61,417 nt of DNA from Candidatus Bathyarchaeia archaeon (GCA_049515895.1 JBEKTQ010000024.1:1-61417); one strand, 5' to 3'; counted from the first letter of the stretch, positions 49,337 through 60,102 are shown. Numbers and translations: made by a program. Notes: generated by a model not told the origin, from the letters alone.

Positions 49337-49462
49337 TTGACTAAATGTCCTAATTGTGGAAAAGAAGTTTCTAAGCCTGATAAATTATTAGAAAACGAGA
49401 TGTTCCGCATCGAAGTTTATACGTGCAAAGAGTGTAATTGCTGCTTCAAAGTGATGAAATAG
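49337..49462 (+). CDS. Small CPxCG zinc-ribbon protein
   Basis: Manual translation: MTKCPNCGKEVSKPDKLLENEMFRIEVYTCKECNCCFKVMK; GAGG upstream of TTG. Confidence 0.7.
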   Translation: MTKCPNCGKEVSKPDKLLENEMFRIEVYTCKECNCCFKVMK

Positions 49463-49469
49463 TCTTTCC

Positions 49470-49679
49470 TTATGGTTTATAAATAATTAACAGACCGTTA
49501 TGCTCTTCTAATGAAAACCTTTTATTCAGAAAGATTTCGATCTGTTCGCAGTCATAATTTCCTTTAATTTTTAACTGAAAATTATCCGGTTTTCTTTGTT
49601 CGATAAGAACTGCAGTTGGCTGGAGCAAATGCTCAGCTTCTAATTCTTTTAATAGTGCTATCGCTTCAGCCCGTTTCAT
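49470..49679 (-). CDS. Small hypothetical protein
   Basis: MKRAEAIALLKEL...; GGGGGA SD-like motif upstream. Confidence 0.7.
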   Translation of the reverse strand: MKRAEAIALLKELEAEHLLQPTAVLIEQRKPDNFQLKIKGNYDCEQIEIFLNKRFSLEEHNGLLIIYKP

Positions 49680-49941
49680 GCTTTCCCCCGAACCCCATGT
49701 GGACGTACATTATTAATAAGACTTTGCTATATACTCTAAAGTAAATTGCACCCAGTTTTCATTTATGATACATCGATTGTTCTCGGGAAAACTAATTAAT
49801 TAGCTGAAGGCATTAGAACCATTAAACCAATGAAAAAATGAAATTGGGAGTTCAAAAGGGTGATACCGACCCAAATAATCAAAAATGAAAGTATTGTCAC
49901 TCTTAAATTCCTAGTTCCTATTAGCCATGAAGAACTGAGCC

Positions 49942-51039
49942 GTGAATGATTTGGATTTAGAGAAGAAGATTGAGCTTATCTGCCGACCTCCCACTGAAGA
50001 GGTAATCACCCCAGAAGACCTGCGGAAACTTTTGGAAACTGAAGAGCATCCAATAGCCTATAACGGTTGGGAACCGTCGGGTTTAGCGCACTTGGGAACA
50101 GGCGTTATTTGCGCCTACAAAATGAAGGACTTCGCTGAGGCGGGCGTTCATTTCAAGGCATACTTGTCCACATGGCATGCGTGGCTAAACAACAAGTTAG
50201 GCGGGGACTTAACTCTTATCCGTAAAGCCGCTGACCTGTTCAGGCATTCGTGGATTGCCCTCGGCGTTCCCGCTGGAAAAGTTGAATTCATCTACTCCGA
50301 CGAATTGTACAGAGATATAGATTACTGGGCAAAAACAGTCATAATTGCAAAAAACCTAACTATTGCGCGAACCACACGCACATTGGAGATAGCAGGCAGG
50401 AAAGAAGCTGAAGCTCATTACGTTTCAGACTACCTTTACACGCCTATGCAAGTCGCCGACATCTTCCAATTGAAAGTGAAAATTTGCCAGTTAGGCATGG
50501 ACCAGCGAAAAGCGAACGTCGTTGCAAGGGAAATTGGGGAAAAAATAGGCTGCTGGAAACCCGTCTGCGTGCATCACCATTTGCTTCAAGGTTTAGAGAA
50601 GCCTTCCATTTGGCCGATTCCTGAGGGGCAGGAAAAGGAGGCAGTGGCTTCAGCAAAGATGTCTAAGAGTAAACCGCAGACATGCATCTTCATCTATGAC
50701 ACGCCTGAAGAGATTAAGCAGAAAATGGCGAAGGCTTTCTGTCCAGAGAGAACCGTCAAGTTCAACCCAGTGCTTGACATATGCAAATACATTATTTTCC
50801 GTGAGAAACCCGTTTTTGGTATCGTGCGCCCTGCGAAGTTCGGGGGAAACACTGAGTTCTGCAGTTTCCAAGAACTTGAATCGGCTTATGCAGAAGGCAA
50901 TCTGCACCCAATGGATCTTAAAAACAGCGTTGCAAATGAACTTGCAGACGTGTTGGAGCCCGTTAGACGCTACTTTGCAAACAACAAGGAAGCCAAAGAC
51001 TGCTTAGAGACGGTGCGGCAAGCTAGGGTTACAAGGTAA
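49942..51039 (+). CDS. tyrS: Tyrosine-tRNA ligase (archaeal)
   Basis: AYNGWEPSGLAHLG, YTPMQVADI, GMDQRK, KMSKS, LHPMDLK. Confidence 0.95.
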   Translation: MNDLDLEKKIELICRPPTEEVITPEDLRKLLETEEHPIAYNGWEPSGLAHLGTGVICAYKMKDFAEAGVHFKAYLSTWHAWLNNKLGGDLTLIRKAADLFRHSWIALGVPAGKVEFIYSDELYRDIDYWAKTVIIAKNLTIARTTRTLEIAGRKEAEAHYVSDYLYTPMQVADIFQLKVKICQLGMDQRKANVVAREIGEKIGCWKPVCVHHHLLQGLEKPSIWPIPEGQEKEAVASAKMSKSKPQTCIFIYDTPEEIKQKMAKAFCPERTVKFNPVLDICKYIIFREKPVFGIVRPAKFGGNTEFCSFQELESAYAEGNLHPMDLKNSVANELADVLEPVRRYFANNKEAKDCLETVRQARVTR

Positions 51040-51044
51040 AGGCG

Positions 51045-51455
51045 TTGTCAACAAGGCTTCAAGAGAAACTGGAAAAGCTTGAACATCTCTTAGCTAAGCT
51101 GGCTGAAGATGCGGCCAAGGGTAAGCCGATAGTTGTAGAAGGCAAAAAAGACGCGCAGGCTTTGCAGGATTTAGGCGTTGAAGGAGCAATTATAACGGTG
51201 AAAACCGGCGGCAAATCCTTTCTTGAATCAACCACGGAAATAGAAAAACTAGGCGTTGATGCAGTTATTCTTTTTTTGGATTTTGATAGGCGAGGGAAAG
51301 AAGGAACTTTGCTTTTGAAGCGTGATTTGGAACGAGCCAAGATAAAAGCTGAAACAAGATTTTGGCGGGAACTACAGGCGTTGGTTGGTCGAGAAATCCA
51401 GTGTATTGAAAGCTTACCCGCCTACTTGAACACTCTACAACAAAAAGCTAACTAA
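51045..51455 (+). CDS. Stand-alone TOPRIM domain protein
   Basis: VVEGKKD, FLDFDRRG. Confidence 0.88.
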   Translation: MSTRLQEKLEKLEHLLAKLAEDAAKGKPIVVEGKKDAQALQDLGVEGAIITVKTGGKSFLESTTEIEKLGVDAVILFLDFDRRGKEGTLLLKRDLERAKIKAETRFWRELQALVGREIQCIESLPAYLNTLQQKAN

Positions 51456-51526
51456 CAAATTTGCTGCCGCGTTTGAGCAGAACCCTTTTTATAAACCGCT
51501 AATATCCCTGTAAATGGCGAATTCTT

Positions 51527-52105
51527 ATGCCTAAAAATTATGTTTTAGAAGCAATAAAATCGAGACGGGCGATCCGCAGTTACGAAGATAAACCCGTTCC
51601 TGAATCGGCAATCGAAACGATGTTGGAAGCGGCAACTTATGCTCCTTCCGCCATCAATATCCAACCGTGGAATTTCACGATAGTAACTAGTAAAGAGGAA
51701 ATGAAGCGTCTCTCAGACATAGCAAAGCCCGCCTTACTTCGAACTTTGCCTGACGCCGGCAACCAAGCGATGTCAGCTCTGAAGAAAAGCCTAGCAGACC
51801 CAAAATACAACGTTTTTTACGACGCCCCTCTTCTCATTTTCATCTCGGGCGCCCAAAGCCGCTTCGGAGTCTACGACTGCTCTATGGCAGCGCAAAACAT
51901 GATGCTCGCCGCCTACTCACTGGGCATCGGAAGCTGCTGGATAGGCACCGCCGTAGCTTTAGCAAATGAACCGAAAATCAAGGCAGAACTCGGAGTCCCT
52001 GATGACTATGAAGTTCACACTGCAATCATCTTTGGGTACCCAAAGAAAGGTTTCCCACAGTCTCCACCTAAACATCCAGCTCAGGTTCTGAAGCGAATAG
52101 AGTAA
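51527..52105 (+). CDS. Nitroreductase family protein
   Basis: SRRAIRSY, APSAINIQPW, AQNMMLAAYSLGIGSCWIG. Confidence 0.93.
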   Translation: MPKNYVLEAIKSRRAIRSYEDKPVPESAIETMLEAATYAPSAINIQPWNFTIVTSKEEMKRLSDIAKPALLRTLPDAGNQAMSALKKSLADPKYNVFYDAPLLIFISGAQSRFGVYDCSMAAQNMMLAAYSLGIGSCWIGTAVALANEPKIKAELGVPDDYEVHTAIIFGYPKKGFPQSPPKHPAQVLKRIE

Positions 52106-52116
52106 AGTGGTTTATT

Positions 52117-52857
52117 ATGGATGTCAAAGGCAAAGTGGCCATCGTAACAGGAGCATCAGGCGGCATTGGGTTAGCCACTGCAAAGATTTTATCCAGCAAA
52201 GGAGCCAAGCTGGCACTTGTCGCACGCTCAAAAGAGAAACTTGAGCAGTTGGCCAAGGAACTGCCTGAAGCCATAGCAGTTCCCGCGGACATGTCTAAGA
52301 TAGACGACGTCAAGAGCATGATTAGCAAAGTTGTCGGGCATTTCGGACAAATTGATATTCTTGTTAATAATGCCGGTCAAGGATACGATACATCAGTTGA
52401 AAAGACAGATACTAAAGTCTTTCAATACATTTTTGATTTAGACGTGGTCGGTCCTTTGTCAGCAATGAAAGAAGCCATCCCAATCATGCGAAGGCATGGT
52501 GGAGGAGCAATAGTCAACGTTAGCTCGGGAACGGCATTAATGATTCTCCCAAATAACGGGCCGTATTCAGGGCTGAAAAAGGCGTTGGCTCACATAAGCT
52601 TGACAGCAAGAACGGAACTTGCAAAAGACAAGATTGTTGTAAGCGTTGTTTACCCGTTTATAACGCTGACCGACTTCGAGAAAAACACCATCAAGGACTC
52701 ATCATTGCAAATGCAGGAAGAATCGCCTGAAGCAAAGGAAGCCTTCTGCAGAGCTGACACGCCTGAGTACACGGCACAGCGAGTAGTGGCGGGCATCGAA
52801 AGCGGGGAAGCAGAAGTTTTCGGGCACGACTGGATGAAGCCAGCACCAAAATCATAA
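52117..52857 (+). CDS. SDR family oxidoreductase
   Basis: TGASGGIG, NNAG, NVSS, YSGLK. Confidence 0.93.
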   Translation: MDVKGKVAIVTGASGGIGLATAKILSSKGAKLALVARSKEKLEQLAKELPEAIAVPADMSKIDDVKSMISKVVGHFGQIDILVNNAGQGYDTSVEKTDTKVFQYIFDLDVVGPLSAMKEAIPIMRRHGGGAIVNVSSGTALMILPNNGPYSGLKKALAHISLTARTELAKDKIVVSVVYPFITLTDFEKNTIKDSSLQMQEESPEAKEAFCRADTPEYTAQRVVAGIESGEAEVFGHDWMKPAPKS

Positions 52858-52858
52858 T

Positions 52859-53275
52859 CTAAACCAAGAATTTCCTTCTAACATGAGGCAGGGACAGATA
52901 GACTATCACAATTATACTATAACCTATCTCAGTTGGCGCAGCAAAAGATGGAATTCCAGGAATGCTGGGCAAACCCAAAACGGTTAAAGTGTCCGACGCA
53001 ATAACAAATAACAAAACCATGTAGGTGCCAATCCACCCCACTTTTTTCCCCTGCCATACGTACATGGTGAAAACTAGAACTAGGCTGCCGCATGCCACTG
53101 TGTAAACATCGTAGGCTATGCTTACTTGGCTATTCAGTATTTCAGCGGCTAAGAGCGTTAACCCGATGAGGAGATGTATGGATCCGATTAGCATTTGAGC
53201 AACCGTTAAGGCAATGATGCCTAAGCCTCTGCCTTTGTAAGTGATTGGTCCTCGCTTGCCACTCATGCATGCCAT
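52859..53275 (-). CDS. Hypothetical four-TM membrane protein
   Basis: Hydrophobic segments ending in YLSLPHVRRKF. Confidence 0.75.
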   Translation of the reverse strand: MACMSGKRGPITYKGRGLGIIALTVAQMLIGSIHLLIGLTLLAAEILNSQVSIAYDVYTVACGSLVLVFTMYVWQGKKVGWIGTYMVLLFVIASDTLTVLGLPSIPGIPSFAAPTEIGYSIIVIVYLSLPHVRRKFLV

Positions 53276-53568
53276 CGTAAACCTTGAAGCATTAATGAAT
53301 ACCGAATGGTCTTATAACCTTCGGTGCTTCTTTTGCAAATGATAATTTTTGGTTGCTAAAATGGAGCGCGTTTTGTTGCTTCAAATTTTCTGTTAACAGA
53401 ATTTCTATCGAGTTGCTTGCGGGTTCATGAGAGCGTTGTAGCGCACTTAGAGTGGCGATGTTTATCTACCGTGACATATCGGTTCTTGTTAAACCTTAGG
53501 CGCTGGATGGCGAGTCAAAGCTTATATCGCAGCGGTGCCAAAAACTCAGAAGAAGAAGGCGCTAACCT

Positions 53569-54513
53569 ATGGACTATGCTGTTGAAACCACTGACCTTAC
53601 GAAATGCTTCGGCACTTTGACCGCGGTAAACAGGCTTAATCTTAAAGTGGAAAAGGACTCAATTCATGGATTTCTCGGTCCCAACGGAGCGGGAAAAACA
53701 ACTACCATAAAAATTTTGGTTGGGCTTCTCAAACCTACATCGGGTTCAGTTAAGGTGCTTGGCAAAGAAGTTCATGTGGACGACGCTGATTCACGGCTGA
53801 GGATAGGTTACATGTCTGAACTCCCGAAGTTTCCTAGGCACCTTAAAGGCGCTGAGCTCCTTGACATTTATGGTCGCATGTACGGGATGTCGCAGCAGCA
53901 AAGAAGCGAAGAAATCCCGAGGTTAATTGAGATGGTCGGGTTGAAGGGCAGAGAAAACGACCTCATCGGAAAGTACAGCAAGGGCATGCAGCAACGCATC
54001 GGCATCGCTCAGGCCTTACTTGACAATCCGGAATTGGTGATTATGGATGAGCCAAGCATCGGATTGGACCCTGTTGGGATGGTTGAGGTTAGAGAGCTGG
54101 TCAAAAGCATCTCAAAAGAGGGCATGACTGTTTTTCTATCTTCGCACCTGCTCTTCGAGGTAGAGCAGATTTGCGACCACGTCACCATAATAAATAATGG
54201 GTCGATGCTTGTTTCCGATACCCCTGAAAACATTTCTCACCAGCTTGGACCAGCGATGATACATATCGAACTGGTTAATCTTTCTCCCGAGGTCATTACT
54301 GCTGTGAAGAGCTTAGATTTCGTTTCTGGCACCTGGAGAACAGATGATACCCTACTTGTCCAAGTTAACACTTACAACGACGTGAGAGCTAAAGTTTCCC
54401 AAGCGGTTACAAGCGCTGGGGGCATTATTGTGGGCATGAGCCAAAAAAACGCCAATTTGGAAGACATCTTCATCCAACTTGTCACAAAAGATAAGGGAGG
54501 AAAACCGCAATGA
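53569..54513 (+). CDS. ABC exporter ATP-binding protein
   Basis: GPNGAGKTT, YSKGMQQR, DEPSIGLDP, SSHLL. Confidence 0.93.
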   Translation: MDYAVETTDLTKCFGTLTAVNRLNLKVEKDSIHGFLGPNGAGKTTTIKILVGLLKPTSGSVKVLGKEVHVDDADSRLRIGYMSELPKFPRHLKGAELLDIYGRMYGMSQQQRSEEIPRLIEMVGLKGRENDLIGKYSKGMQQRIGIAQALLDNPELVIMDEPSIGLDPVGMVEVRELVKSISKEGMTVFLSSHLLFEVEQICDHVTIINNGSMLVSDTPENISHQLGPAMIHIELVNLSPEVITAVKSLDFVSGTWRTDDTLLVQVNTYNDVRAKVSQAVTSAGGIIVGMSQKNANLEDIFIQLVTKDKGGKPQ

Positions 54514-55460
54514 CCATGACGCCGAATCCGAAGAAAGACCGACCAAGCTGGTTCACAAGGTTCTGGGCTCTTGTACGCTACGAGATGCTTTGGAACATCC
54601 GAAAGAAAAAATTCATACTTATACTGGCGCTTGTATTTATTATCGCCACAATAATTCTGGTGTTGCCGCTTGCACTTAGCGTCTCCTCAGGCGTGAAGAT
54701 AAAAGCTAACCCAGACTACGCGATAACATTTGGCGGCACGGGCTTTGTATTTTTGCTTTTCGCTATTGGGACAGCGGTGAACACTTTTTCAAGCGAGTTT
54801 GAAACTGGAAGCATTGTGCCTTTGGTGACTAAGCCTGTTTCACGAACAATGATTTTCTTGGGCAAGCTTTTTGGAACATTCATTATTCTGATTATTTCAT
54901 ACGTTATCTTGTATGGCTACATAACGGCGGCTTCACTCATCATTTATGGCCACCAGAACAATCTGCAGTATATGCCTGTCATTGTGCTTGGAAGCCTCTT
55001 GAGCACCTTCATATGGGTTGCCTTACTATTTGCAGTGGGGACAATCTCAAAGAACACAATCATAACGGTTATCGCAGCTATCATCCTGTTTCTGGCTTTC
55101 TTCTTTGCCGCCCCCATAATTGGGGAGTTTTCTGGGCCGTCTCCAACGCTTAACTATTTCCCTGGAACTGGAGCTAGCGGAAACATCCTTGGCACCAATA
55201 CCACAGTGAGCTCGGGCACCGATAACATTGGACTTAACATTGTTGACTACGCGCTTTATCCTTCGGCAAACGTCACGTATTACAAGATAAACATCACCGC
55301 AATAAGGGTAGGCGAACCCTCAATACCGACAGCGGGACTAGTCTATACTGAGCCGACATCTCTGGTGGCGCTAAGGTCGGTGGCAGTAGCCGCAGCATAT
55401 ATCGCAGGGTTGCTAGTAGTAGCTTGGGTTGCATTCAAACGTTCACAAATACTGGAGTAG
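54510..55460 (+). CDS. ABC-2 type permease
   Basis: SSEFETGSI..TKPVSR..FLGK; multiple TM segments. Confidence 0.9.
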   Translation: MTMTPNPKKDRPSWFTRFWALVRYEMLWNIRKKKFILILALVFIIATIILVLPLALSVSSGVKIKANPDYAITFGGTGFVFLLFAIGTAVNTFSSEFETGSIVPLVTKPVSRTMIFLGKLFGTFIILIISYVILYGYITAASLIIYGHQNNLQYMPVIVLGSLLSTFIWVALLFAVGTISKNTIITVIAAIILFLAFFFAAPIIGEFSGPSPTLNYFPGTGASGNILGTNTTVSSGTDNIGLNIVDYALYPSANVTYYKINITAIRVGEPSIPTAGLVYTEPTSLVALRSVAVAAAYIAGLLVVAWVAFKRSQILE

Positions 55461-55468
55461 ACACTGTT

Positions 55469-55804
55469 TTAGCCGCTCATTATTTTGCCTATAGTTGCAA
55501 TGAACACATTGATGCGTTCATTTGTTCTGCCGTAATCAGCCATAGCCGTGATAGTCGTAACGGGAGTTTCGGCCGTTATGGACATTTTTGTGGTCTTTTC
55601 ATCTACGGCTGTCAAATCAATCTCCATTTTTGAGCCGTAGGATAGGAAGGCGCCTCTAGTTTTAACTTTAACGTGATACGTGGCCACATCTGCCTCCTCC
55701 ACTTTCCACTCCAGCTTATCAATCGCCTTCGGGATTGCTTGCCAGATAGCGTCAATCGGGTAGGAGACTTCAAAGGTCTCTTTTCCTTCGCGCATATAAG
55801 CCAT
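55469..55804 (-). CDS. Hypothetical protein
   Basis: 111-aa ORF with plausible composition. Confidence 0.7.
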   Translation of the reverse strand: MAYMREGKETFEVSYPIDAIWQAIPKAIDKLEWKVEEADVATYHVKVKTRGAFLSYGSKMEIDLTAVDEKTTKMSITAETPVTTITAMADYGRTNERINVFIATIGKIMSG

Positions 55805-55845
55805 TCTTATTCGCCCATCATACTATTCCCTAGAAGCACTTTTTA

Positions 55846-56642
55846 TTAAGGCAGATGGTTCTGATTTTGCTTTTCGCGCATCGTTTTGTGTCTCGTCCTT
55901 TTCACAGCTGTTGAGAGCACAAGCGCAATCAGAATTACGGCGACGGCAACTTCAACGGCATAGACCACAGTGTGAGTGGTATCATGATTTGCCGCAATGC
56001 CAACTAGCGCCCAAATAATCACCAAACTGTAGGCGATATCTCGCCGGAAAATTATGATTATCAAAGTAACCACCAAGGCAACAACCAGCATCGCAACCGC
56101 CCAAATGCTAGGGCTTAAGCCGTTCCAGTGTCCATAAACAAGTGCTGCAGCGATGTCAGCGAGGGTTGCGACTGTTATCCAACCGAAATAAACGCTGAAC
56201 GGTAAATGGACAAACAGCATTTCACTCGATGAGACCTTCGCGGCTCCAACGCCCAAGCGAAAGTAAACAGCAATCAAAGTAGCCAAGAGCACAAGAATTG
56301 CTACAACGGATAGGGAAATGAAATTGTATGCCAGAGAAAAATCCAGATGCAGTTGAAAAGGCTACTTAAAATGAATAGCCCGCTGACTTGTTTTTGAAAC
56401 TGCTTGTCTTTTTTGCTTGGCAAGGTTTGGTAAATTATGAAAATGAAGAGCAGCGCATATATCATGCCCCAAATGGCAAAAACATAGCCTGCTGGTGTGA
56501 CTAGGCTTGAGTACAAGTTAGAAACTTGAGCGGTTGTTCTGCCATTAAGGACCCCTACTCCTGCTAAGCCGTTGACTACAAGTGTAATAATGAAGGCAGC
56601 GATGTTTCCAAAGCGAAGGAAAACGGTTCTTGATTGAGCCAT
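55846..56642 (-). pseudogene. TspO/MBR-like tryptophan-rich membrane protein split by a frameshift
   Basis: TPAGYVFAIWG..NCIWIFLW, then a 1-nt shift near 56330 continues YNFISLSV..PFSVYFGWITVA. Confidence 0.8.
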
Positions 56643-56747
56643 ATACAACACTAATTAAGAAGAATCTTTCGGGATAATAAGCATTAACGTTCTTTGGGAG
56701 TTACGAGATTAGTGGCCGTAAGGCTGCAGGCAAGCTATTCAAAGTTA

Positions 56748-57176
56748 CTAAGAATAAAGCATTGCATAAAGAAGAAAACCCAAAAATAGCGAAGCGAACC
56801 AAAAGGACACTACCGCCAACATAAGTTTCTTATTCAAAGCGCTATAACACCGCATTCTAACGGAGACAACCATGAAAGGAGACATTAACCAGATGCCAAT
56901 AACCCAAACACTCAAAAGCAAAGCCAAAGCGCCCACGGAAGCATGCACCATTGTGAGGGTCGATGATGCACCCGTGACTGCGGAGCTAAGGTTGCGGAAA
57001 TTTGGAGACATTACAGCCATAAATGAGACAATATTCAAAACTACCGTTGCTAACATTATTTGTGCATGAGCCTTATTTTTGTGTTTACGTATAAAAAGAA
57101 AGCCGGCGACGACCAAAACAAAAACTGCAGTTTGAAAAGCAAGGTTAACTTGGGCTACTAGAAGAGAAACCATCAT
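56748..57176 (-). CDS. DUF420-like four-TM protein with His residues
   Basis: KAHAQIM and VHASVG within TM segments. Confidence 0.65.
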   Translation of the reverse strand: MMVSLLVAQVNLAFQTAVFVLVVAGFLFIRKHKNKAHAQIMLATVVLNIVSFMAVMSPNFRNLSSAVTGASSTLTMVHASVGALALLLSVWVIGIWLMSPFMVVSVRMRCYSALNKKLMLAVVSFWFASLFLGFLLYAMLYS

Positions 57177-57299
57177 TCTCTCCATGTAAATAACGCACGA
57201 TTTTATTATTAAGGATTGCTTAGATTTTAATAAAGCGAGCAGCCTTTCTTTTAAGGAAGCCAAAAATCAAAAAAAGAGATTGCCGAAAAACGTTTTCCC

Positions 57300-58577
57300 T
57301 TATTTCTTGATTAACTCCATCAGTTCTGGCATTAATTCGCATCCGCGATCAAGTGTGCCTAAGCTTCCTTTTGCGCATTCCTTCTCCGAGAACTTCAATG
57401 CCTTCCCGTCGCCTAGCTTACTGCCAGAAATCAAAATAGGTACGGGCGTGTCGCTATGCACTTTAAGAGCGCATGGCGTTGCATGATCAGCGGTTATGCA
57501 GATAAGGTTGTCTTTTAGCGAAATCTGCTGCAGCAACGGTCCGAAGAAATACTTGTCAATGGCTGCAATAATCTGAGTTTTTAACACGCAGTTGCCGTCA
57601 TGACCTGGCTCGTCCGGTCCTTTCAGGTGAATGTAAAAACAGTCATGACTAGGCAGCACATCTAGCAGTTTTTTGACTCTTACTTCGCAGTCTTTCTGCA
57701 GGTTGCCTGAAGGCGGCGGAAGTAACATCGAATCCATGCCGACAAGCTGTGCGATGCCCCTTTCGGCATGCATGTCGGTTAGGGCAGCGAAGTTAACGTG
57801 GTAGCATTCATCAATGTTAAAGAATTTAGGAAGCAGATGCCCTGCGTCTCGGGTTAATACGACATTCGCCTTGAGTTTGCCCTCGGCTGCACGTTTAATG
57901 TTTATCGGGTGTTTGTCCCATAGTTTGTGGGTTTTATCGATAAACTCGTTAACTAGTGCAGCAGAAACTTTGGCGGACTCTGTTTTGTCCGTGGGTTCGC
58001 AGGTTTTAAGGACCATTTCAACGTTTGTCTCCGCTACGCCGATGCCGTTTACTATTATGTAGGCTGGGTCGCTATTCGTTATGCTGCTTGAAAGAGGCTT
58101 TGCCTTGCTTTTTATCAGAAGGACTGCCCTGTGACCCAACGTGTTCTTGAACTCAAAAGATGCTGGGTAAGATTCGAGCTTAACCTGTTCGTTAGCGGCT
58201 TTGGACAACTCTGTTGCTTCTTCAGTGCTCAGGCTTCTTGCGACTCGGCGGTCAATTATGGTTTTTCCTTGCCCCAGCGTTGCAAAATTGCATCTCAAGG
58301 CTAAATCGCCATCCTTCATGGATAAACCAGCTCCAGCCACCTCAATGACGCCTCGCCCTGTGCTGTACTTGAACGGGTCATAGCCCAAAAGCGAAATAAC
58401 GGCCACATCGCTCTCAGGCGCAACGCCCTTCTTCACCGTATACATCAAGCCTGTTTTGCCGCCTGCGGCAAGCGCATCCATATTAGGGGTCTTAGCGGCT
58501 TCTAGTGGCGTTTTGTACCCTAAGGTTTTGATTGGCAGATCGCCCATTCCATCTATTGCAACGTAAATTAACTTCAA
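57300..58577 (-). CDS. apgM: 2,3-bisphosphoglycerate-independent phosphoglycerate mutase (archaeal type)
   Basis: IDGMGDLP, TPLEAAKTPNMD, ESDVA, TGRG, PDEPGHDG, TADHATP. Confidence 0.92.
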   Translation of the reverse strand: MKLIYVAIDGMGDLPIKTLGYKTPLEAAKTPNMDALAAGGKTGLMYTVKKGVAPESDVAVISLLGYDPFKYSTGRGVIEVAGAGLSMKDGDLALRCNFATLGQGKTIIDRRVARSLSTEEATELSKAANEQVKLESYPASFEFKNTLGHRAVLLIKSKAKPLSSSITNSDPAYIIVNGIGVAETNVEMVLKTCEPTDKTESAKVSAALVNEFIDKTHKLWDKHPINIKRAAEGKLKANVVLTRDAGHLLPKFFNIDECYHVNFAALTDMHAERGIAQLVGMDSMLLPPPSGNLQKDCEVRVKKLLDVLPSHDCFYIHLKGPDEPGHDGNCVLKTQIIAAIDKYFFGPLLQQISLKDNLICITADHATPCALKVHSDTPVPILISGSKLGDGKALKFSEKECAKGSLGTLDRGCELMPELMELIKK

Positions 58578-58818
58578 CAGGTGATTTCCTCCTTCAAGAC
58601 GTTGCTAGCTCGGCTGATGACCCTTATTATTCTTTTGATAAGTCACTTTTTAATCTAAAAGAAAACATTGAAATCTGCTTCAAAAAGTTGACTCTCCCGC
58701 ATTTTTGGCCGATAGGCTTGTTGGTTGATAAAAGATTTAACCCCAAAAAACGTGACCGATTAATGCCCATTCATGGTGCGTGTGCGTAAAAAAATCGGGG
58801 ATGTTGGCTTGCTGAAGT

Positions 58819-59682
58819 TTAAAATCCGCCGAAAAATCCTGAACCGCTGCTTTTCCACGTGACCGAGAAGCTTGTTCCATCCCTGGACAATGATGATGTC
58901 GAATCTTTGAGTGCACCCCTGCCTGTGACCATATTTATCTGCTGAACTGATGTCCCGAAAGAGCCGATTGGTCCTGTCACTTTATTAATCGTCGCGTAGC
59001 AGGTGTTCGGAGCACCGGTAAAGTAGTTGCCCAAGGTTGCCGTGCCAAAGTTTGCCAGTGGCAGTACACCAAAATTTGATGAGGGAGCCTCTACGATCCA
59101 CTCAGCCGAAGACTCTGTAGCACCTGATTGGCTTCCTGTCGTTGTAAATGTCCATCCTTCAGTAACGTCAGTAATAGTGAGTGTTTATGTGGTGCCGCTT
59201 ACCTGCGTCACTATTGCGGAGATTGTGTCCTGGGCGTTTACTGTGGCTGGGGTCGATGTTGTTGTCCCTATTTTCGTTGCTGTGGTTATTTCAATAATTG
59301 ACTCTAGGGGGTAGAATTCATACCAAGCGTAGTAAATCGTATGCGAAGTTCTTCTGTTGCCTGTCACTTGGGCAAGAATTCCTGTTTGTTCCAATGTGCT
59401 CGAACCATATCCGTCAATGCCAACCCAGAACGATGCGTACTGACCATTTGAACCAGTTACTGTTGGAACTATCCATGATCCTCCCGCAGAAGTCACTGAG
59501 CCAGCTGCGCCGGTCACTGCATAACCGCTCCAATTAGTGCTGTAGACAGTGCCGTTAATTGAGTCCACCAGGCTCATTGTAGGCGACGTTATTGGACCTG
59601 CGAGAGCTAATGCTGGGCTAAAAGCAGCTAAAAGCATAAGCGAACTGACGAAAAACATAGACAATTTAATAGCGATTTTCAT
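58819..59682 (-). pseudogene. Secreted G1 (eqolisin) glutamic peptidase with in-frame premature TAA
   Basis: STNWSGYA, WVGIDG, LEQTG, AWYEFYP, TAA at 59185-59187, then SAEWIVEAP..LANFG in the same frame. Confidence 0.85.
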
Positions 59683-59883
59683 AACATCTATCCCTCTTCT
59701 AATTTTTGATTTAGCATAATAAAACCTTTTTCCAAATTGGGTTATCATGAGTTAAGAAACCGGACATTATAGTCACTTATCACGCATTTTTGGACATATT
59801 GTCAAAATTGGGAATACTGTGAGAGTTAGAATAAGCTATTTAACTTTTTGCAGCCTTTTTTTGATTGAAGGGAGAAGGTATCT

Positions 59884-60102
59884 TTGCAAAATTCGGTAGC
59901 GACGCTACTTCTAGTAACTGCAGCCGTAGTGCTAGCTTGTGTAGTTGTCAATTACGCCGTAACTGTCGCACAACAAACAGCTAATAATGCAAGTAATCCT
60001 GAGTTTGGCCCCATAAGGGACCTTGAAAATAACCTCCTAAATCAAACCTATCAACTACTTAATCAAACTCAGCCGGTATTGCCGGGCCAAGCCACGCCGT
60101 AA
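59884..60102 (+). CDS. Small protein with pilin/archaellin-like hydrophobic N-terminus
   Basis: SVATLLLVTAAVVLACVVVNY; GGAG and AGGT upstream of TTG. Confidence 0.6.
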   Translation: MQNSVATLLLVTAAVVLACVVVNYAVTVAQQTANNASNPEFGPIRDLENNLLNQTYQLLNQTQPVLPGQATP

